Below, one piece after another: positions 59,023 to 64,000 of a stretch of 64,000 nucleotides of DNA (the first letter of the stretch is position 1; every line of letters starts with the position of its first letter). The notes below the pieces were generated by a model. The model saw only the letters and a list, made by a program, of their open reading frames with translations. It did no database searches and was not told the origin of the DNA. The DNA lies in assembly GCA_965116475.1 (NCBI GenBank), contig OZ220691.1, positions 3,488,001 to 3,552,000 of the forward strand, read 5' to 3'. The position numbers were made by a program, and so were the translations under genes. This DNA comes from Gemmatimonadota bacterium (GTDB taxonomy: Bacteria; Gemmatimonadota; Gemmatimonadetes; Palauibacterales; Palauibacteraceae).

Positions 59023-60509
59023 TGGAGGCGATCCAGGCCCAGTTGCCGGTCCTGCAGGTCGTCATCCCGCTGCTCGCGGCGCCCCTCTGCATTATCCTGC
59101 GGCGGCGCGCGCTGGTGCTCCCGTTCGCGACGGGCGTGTGCTGGCTCACTTTCCTGGTCTCGGTCGTGCTCCTCGGCGATGTACTCGAGGCGGGCGTCAT
59201 CAGCTACGCATTGGGGGGCTGGGCGGCGCCGTGGGGGATCGAGTACCGGGTCGACGCGCTCGCCGCCTTCGTCCTTCTCTTCGTGTCCGGGATCGCGGCG
59301 CTCGTCCTGACCTACGCGCCGCGCAGCCTGACGGACGAGATTCCGGCCAGCCGGCACTATCTCTTCTGCACCCTCTATCTCCTCTGCCTCACGGGGCTGC
59401 TCGGCATCGCGATCACGGGGGACCTGTTCAACGTCTTCGTCTTCCTCGAGGTCTCGGCGCTTTCCTCCTACGCCCTCATCGCCCTCGGGGGCCGCCGGCA
59501 GGCGCTGCCCGCGGCATTCCAGTACCTCGTGATGGGTACGATCGGGGCCACGTTCATCCTCATCGGCATCGGTCTCATGTACCAGATGACCGGTACGCTG
59601 AACATGGCGGACATGGCGGAACGGCTTCCCGCCGCGGAGGGCGTGCGGACCGCACTGGTCGCCTTCGGCTTCCTTACCGTCGGGATCGCGCTCAAGATGG
59701 CGCTCTTCCCGCTCCACGTCTGGCTCCCGAACGCCTACGCGTACGCGCCGTCCGTCGTGAGCGCCTTCATCGCGGCCACGGCGACGAAGGTCTCCGTCTA
59801 CATCCTGCTGCGCTTCATGTTCAGCGTCTTCGGCCTCGAGTTCTCCTTCGAGCAGCTCGGACTCGGACGCGCGCTCATGCCGCTGGCCCTCGCCGGAATC
59901 TTCGTCGCCTCCACGGTGGCGATCTTCCAGCGCAACGTGAAACGCATGCTCGCCTATTCGTCCGTGGCGCAGATCGGCTACATGGTGCTCGGCATCAGTT
60001 TCGCGACCGCGACGGGGCTCACGGGCGGCATCGTCCACCTGTTCAACCATGCGCTCATCAAGGGCGGGCTCTTCATGGCGATGGGGTGCGTGATGCTGCG
60101 GCTGCACTCGGTCGACCTCGATGACATGGCCGGGGTCGGGCGCAGGATGCCATGGACGATGGCTGCGTGGGCGCTCGGGGGTCTGGGCCTCATCGGGGTC
60201 CCGGCGACGGCGGGCTTCATCAGCAAGTGGTACCTCATCGAGGCGGCGCTGGAGGGGAACAGCCTCATCGTCGCCGTCCTCCTGCTCCTCAGCTCGCTCC
60301 TCGCGCTCGCCTATGTGTGGCGCGTGGTGGAGACCGCCTTCTTCCACGAACCGAGTGAGCGGGCACGCGAGGCGCGCGAGGCGCCGCTCTCGATGCTCGT
60401 TCCGACGTGGGTGCTGCTCGGGGCCACGGTGTTCTTCGGCATCTACACGACGTACTCCGCGGGCGTCGCGCGGCAGGCCGCGGAGGCCGTGCTCGGAGGG
60501 CTCCGGTGA
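59022..60509 (+). CDS. mnhD: Mrp/Mnh antiporter subunit D
   Basis: GDLFNVFVFLE, K.ALFPLH.WLP.AY, KRMLAYSS, GFISKW. Confidence 0.9.
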   Translation: MEAIQAQLPVLQVVIPLLAAPLCIILRRRALVLPFATGVCWLTFLVSVVLLGDVLEAGVISYALGGWAAPWGIEYRVDALAAFVLLFVSGIAALVLTYAPRSLTDEIPASRHYLFCTLYLLCLTGLLGIAITGDLFNVFVFLEVSALSSYALIALGGRRQALPAAFQYLVMGTIGATFILIGIGLMYQMTGTLNMADMAERLPAAEGVRTALVAFGFLTVGIALKMALFPLHVWLPNAYAYAPSVVSAFIAATATKVSVYILLRFMFSVFGLEFSFEQLGLGRALMPLALAGIFVASTVAIFQRNVKRMLAYSSVAQIGYMVLGISFATATGLTGGIVHLFNHALIKGGLFMAMGCVMLRLHSVDLDDMAGVGRRMPWTMAAWALGGLGLIGVPATAGFISKWYLIEAALEGNSLIVAVLLLLSSLLALAYVWRVVETAFFHEPSERAREAREAPLSMLVPTWVLLGATVFFGIYTTYSAGVARQAAEAVLGGLR

Positions 60510-61969
60510 GCGGCACGGTCCCGATCTACTGGGCGCTGCTGATTCCGCTCGCCGGCGCCGTGCTCATCGCGCTGCTCGGCCGCTGGCCCAACGCGCGGGA
60601 AGCCGTCACGCTCGCCACCGGCGTGGCGCTCTTCTGGTTCGTGACATCGCTCGTGCACCACGTCCTCGCGGGGGCGAACCCCGGCGTCGTCCTGGTGTGG
60701 CTGCTCCCCAGCCTCCCGCTGGTGCTGAGGCTGGAGCCTCTCGGCATGCTCTTCGCCCTGGTGGCCTCCGGGCTCTGGATCGTCACCTCGCTGTACTCGA
60801 TCGGCTACATGCGGGGACACGCGGAGGCGCACCAGACGCGGTTCTACGTCTGCTTCGCGGTCTCCATCTGCGCCGCCATGGGCGTCGCGCTCGCGGGCAA
60901 CCTGTTCACGCTGTTTCTCTTCTACGAGGTGCTGACGCTCTCGACCTACCCGCTCGTCTCGCACCACGGGACGCCGAAGGCGATGAAGGGGGCCCGCACC
61001 TACCTGGGGATTCTCGTCAGCACATCCGTCGCCTTTCTCCTGCTCGCCGTGGCGTGGACCTGGGTGCTTGCGGGCACGCTCGACTTCCGCGTCGGCGGGA
61101 TCCTCGCCGGCCGGGCGAGCGACGGCGTGCTCCTCGTCCTGCTCGCGCTCTTCGTCTTCGGGACGGGGAAGGCCGCCGTCATGCCGGTCCACCGCTGGCT
61201 TCCCGCCGCCATGGTGGCGCCGACGCCGGTGAGCGCGCTCCTGCACGCGGTCGCGGTCGTGAAGGCCGGCGTGTTCACGATCATGAAGGTCGTCATCTAC
61301 ATCTTCGGCCTCGACCTGCTGAGCACGTCGGGGATCAGCGTGTGGCTCATGTACGCCGCCGGTTTCACGGTCATCGCGGGCTCGCTCGTCGCCATGGCGC
61401 AGGACAACCTCAAGCGGCGCCTCGCCTACTCCACCGTGAGCCAGCTCTCCTACATCGTCCTCGGGGCGGCGCTCGCCAACGCCTGGGGCGTGGTCGGCGG
61501 CAGCATGCACATCCTGATGCACGCCTTCGGCAAGATCACCCTCTTCTTTTGCGCGGGCGCGATCTACGTCGCGGCGCACAAAACGGAGATCAGCGACATG
61601 CGCGGGCTGGGCCGCGCGATGCCGATCACGATGGTGGCGTTCCTTATCGGGGCGCTCAGCGTGATCGGCGTCCCGCCCCTCGGCGGGAGCTGGAGCAAGT
61701 GGTACCTGGCGCTCGGGGCGCTCGATGCCGGGCAGATCCTCTTCGTCGCCGTCCTCATGGTCAGTTCGCTGTTGAACATCGCATACCTCATCCCGATCCC
61801 CATCCGCGCCTTCTTCTCGAAGCCCGCGGATGGCTCGGGCCCGCCGCGCTTCAAGGAGGCGCCGGCATTCTGCGTCGCGGCACTCTCGTTCACGGCGCTC
61901 GGCTGCATCGTCCTCTTCTTCCTCGCGGACGATGTGTATCGCCTGCTCGTTCCCCTGGGCGGAGGGTAA
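60506..61969 (+). CDS. Mrp subunit D/A-family proton-conducting subunit (second paralogue)
   Basis: HRWLPAAMVAPTPVSALLHAVAVVKAG, KRRLAYST. Confidence 0.88.
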   Translation: MSGTVPIYWALLIPLAGAVLIALLGRWPNAREAVTLATGVALFWFVTSLVHHVLAGANPGVVLVWLLPSLPLVLRLEPLGMLFALVASGLWIVTSLYSIGYMRGHAEAHQTRFYVCFAVSICAAMGVALAGNLFTLFLFYEVLTLSTYPLVSHHGTPKAMKGARTYLGILVSTSVAFLLLAVAWTWVLAGTLDFRVGGILAGRASDGVLLVLLALFVFGTGKAAVMPVHRWLPAAMVAPTPVSALLHAVAVVKAGVFTIMKVVIYIFGLDLLSTSGISVWLMYAAGFTVIAGSLVAMAQDNLKRRLAYSTVSQLSYIVLGAALANAWGVVGGSMHILMHAFGKITLFFCAGAIYVAAHKTEISDMRGLGRAMPITMVAFLIGALSVIGVPPLGGSWSKWYLALGALDAGQILFVAVLMVSSLLNIAYLIPIPIRAFFSKPADGSGPPRFKEAPAFCVAALSFTALGCIVLFFLADDVYRLLVPLGGG

Positions 61970-61972
61970 GCC

Positions 61973-62293
61973 ATGGCCGCTGACACGCACGGCACGCACG
62001 ACACGGGCGGACAGGCGACGGACCGGGGCCGGCACTACTTCGACGATCCGAAGCGCTGGAAGCGCCTGATCGCGATCCTGATCGGCGTCTGCGCCGTCGT
62101 CTTCGCGCTCGACCTCGTGAACTTCGTCCAGATGCAAATGGGGTGGCCGGAATTGCGCCACCCGGAGCGCGACTGGGAGGGCTTCCCCGAGTTCTACGCC
62201 GTCTACGGCTTCCTCGCCTACACGGCGATCGTCTACACCGCCAAGGCGCTCCGGAAGGGCGTGATGCGGGATGAGGACTACTATGATCGGTAG
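61973..62293 (+). CDS. small membrane protein in the mrp operon
   Basis: Two TM segments; ends MRDEDYYDR; overlaps the next gene. Confidence 0.75.
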   Translation: MAADTHGTHDTGGQATDRGRHYFDDPKRWKRLIAILIGVCAVVFALDLVNFVQMQMGWPELRHPERDWEGFPEFYAVYGFLAYTAIVYTAKALRKGVMRDEDYYDR

Positions 62294-64000
62294 CCTGCCT
62301 CCCGCCGCGGTCATGATCCTCGGGGCGCTGCTCGTACCTCTCCTCCGGGGCCGTGCGCGTACGGGATGGGTCCTCCTCCTGCCCGCCGCGAGCCTCGCCG
62401 CCCTCCTCACGCTGGGGGAAGGGGAGTTCGGGCAGGTCTCGATCTTCTCCTACGAGCTGACCCTCGTCCGGATCGACGGGCTGAGCCGGATCTTCGGGTG
62501 GCTCTTCCACATCGCGGCCTTCATCGGGCTGATCTTCGCGCGGCGCGGGGGAAGCGCGCTGGAGGACGCCGCGGCGCTGGTCTACGCGGGCGCCGCGATC
62601 GGAGCGGCCCAGGCGGGCGACCTGATCACGCTCTTCGTGTTCTGGGAGCTGCTGGCGCTGAGTTCCGTCTTCCTCGTGTGGGCGCGCGGCACCGAACGTT
62701 CCTACCGGGCGGGGATCCGCTACCTCATCGTGCAGGTCGGGTCCGGCGTCGTCCTCCTGGCGGGGATCATCGCGCACGCGCGGGCCACGGGATCCGTCGC
62801 CTTCGAGCACCTGGGGACGGGGACGGCGGGGACGAACCTCATCCTGCTCGGGATCGGGATCAAGGCGGCCTTCCCGCTGCTCCACAACTGGCTTACGGAC
62901 GCCTATCCGGAGGCCACCTACAGCGGCGCCGTCTTCCTGAGCGCCTTCACGACGAAGGTCGCCGTCTACGCCCTGGCTCGGGGATACCAGGGCGAGGATC
63001 TGCTGATCTGGGTCGGCGTCGTCATGACGATGTTCCCGATCTTCTACGCCGTGATCGAGAACGATCTGCGCCGGGTGCTCGGCTACAGCATGATCAACCA
63101 GATCGGCTTCATGGTGTGCGGCGTCGGGATCGGCACCGAGATGGCCGTGAACGGGGCGGTCGCGCACGCCTTCAACGACGTGCTCTTCAAGGGGCTCCTC
63201 TTCATGTCGACGGGGGCCCTGCTATACCGCGCGGGGACGACGAAGTGCAGCGAGCTGGGCGGACTCTACAAGAGCATGCCGAAGACGGCAGGCCTGTGCG
63301 TGGTCGGCGCCGCCTCCATCTCCGCCTTCCCCCTCTTCAGCGGGTTCGTGAGCAAGTCGATGGTGATGGCGGCCGCGCTGGAGATGAACCTCGACGTCGT
63401 GTGGCTCTTCCTCCTCTTCGCCTCGGCCGGCGTGCTGCACCACGCGGGGATCAAGATCCCCTTCTACGGCTTCTTCGGGCCCGATTCCGGCATCCGCACG
63501 AAGGAGGCGCCGACGAGCATGCTCATCGCGATGGGGCTGGCCGCCTTCCTGTGCGTCCTCAACGGGTCGTGGCCGACGCTGTTCCTGTATCCGAACCTGC
63601 CGTACGAGGTGACGTACGTACCGTTCACCAAGGCGCACGTGATCAGCCAGCTGCAGCTGCTCTTCTTTGCGGTCCTCGCCTTCGTGTGGCTCCGGCTCAC
63701 CGACCGGGAGCCGCACGAGCTGCCCTCGACGAACCTGGACGCGGACTGGTTCTACCGCCGCTTCGGGAGAGGGGTGGCGCTCGCGGCCGGGGGCGTCGCG
63801 TCCCGGCTGCGGGATGCCGTGGCCGCGCGCACGGTGGCCGCGGCGGGCGGCGCGATCGGATCGGCGCGGCGCTACATGGGGCCGACCGGGGTGCTGGGAC
63901 GCACCTGGCCCACCGGTACCTCCGTCATCTGGGTCGCCATCCTGCTCCTGGTCTTCCTGCTCCTCTACTACGCGAGTACCCCGCTCACGGGCGCCCCGCC
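62283..64000 (+). CDS. Mrp subunit D/A-family subunit (third paralogue, 3' truncated by window)
   Basis: MIGSLPPAAVMILG..., AFPLLHNWLTDAYPEAT, ENDLRRVLGYS; absent from the ORF track, consistent with no stop in the window. Confidence 0.88.
   Translation, partial: MIGSLPPAAVMILGALLVPLLRGRARTGWVLLLPAASLAALLTLGEGEFGQVSIFSYELTLVRIDGLSRIFGWLFHIAAFIGLIFARRGGSALEDAAALVYAGAAIGAAQAGDLITLFVFWELLALSSVFLVWARGTERSYRAGIRYLIVQVGSGVVLLAGIIAHARATGSVAFEHLGTGTAGTNLILLGIGIKAAFPLLHNWLTDAYPEATYSGAVFLSAFTTKVAVYALARGYQGEDLLIWVGVVMTMFPIFYAVIENDLRRVLGYSMINQIGFMVCGVGIGTEMAVNGAVAHAFNDVLFKGLLFMSTGALLYRAGTTKCSELGGLYKSMPKTAGLCVVGAASISAFPLFSGFVSKSMVMAAALEMNLDVVWLFLLFASAGVLHHAGIKIPFYGFFGPDSGIRTKEAPTSMLIAMGLAAFLCVLNGSWPTLFLYPNLPYEVTYVPFTKAHVISQLQLLFFAVLAFVWLRLTDREPHELPSTNLDADWFYRRFGRGVALAAGGVASRLRDAVAARTVAAAGGAIGSARRYMGPTGVLGRTWPTGTSVIWVAILLLVFLLLYYASTPLTGAP

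Noticed and set aside
63972..63982. GCGAGTACCCC, matching the arm-repeat motif
   Set aside because: Single copy inside the last mrp CDS with no att core or IHF box; probably chance.
1..64000. CRISPR arrays, rRNA genes, IS elements, UGA-readthrough selenoprotein genes
   Set aside because: None seen by eye; recognised genes appear full length without in-frame UGA. A computational scan could still find subtle cases.

Overview
High-GC bacterial chromosome segment. The gene order suggests Gemmatimonadota, but that is an inference. Most of the window is housekeeping DNA: the end of a cytochrome c oxidase operon, rnz, an aroA-cmk fusion, rpsA, an acyl-CoA carboxylase/methylmalonyl-CoA mutase cluster, argS, purM, the riboflavin operon with nusB, hpf-hprK-mannose-family PTS-ptsH-ptsI, metK, recO, selB, ptsN, tmRNA, gre, a Mla/MCE ABC system, tRNA-Sec, lpxH, lptE and an Mrp/Mnh antiporter operon running off the right end. 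The standout is a compact, apparently intact ~10.6 kb element in the 3' end of tRNA-Sec, bounded by a 16-bp direct repeat (42811-42826 and 53400-53415). It encodes a P4-type tyrosine integrase and a tightly coupled, oddly ordered head/neck operon: large terminase, HNH, HK97-type capsid, an RcGTA-like head-spike-base candidate, a prohead protease with a tandem protease-like domain, adaptor, portal, closure, tail-terminator-like and gp10-like genes. I recognise no tail tube, tape measure, baseplate, lysis, replication, repressor or small terminase gene. It looks like a capsid-forming, tail-borrowing phage satellite distinct from described cf-PICIs, with a structured non-coding leader that may be an RNA regulator. 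All product calls are from motif recognition by eye; no searches were run.
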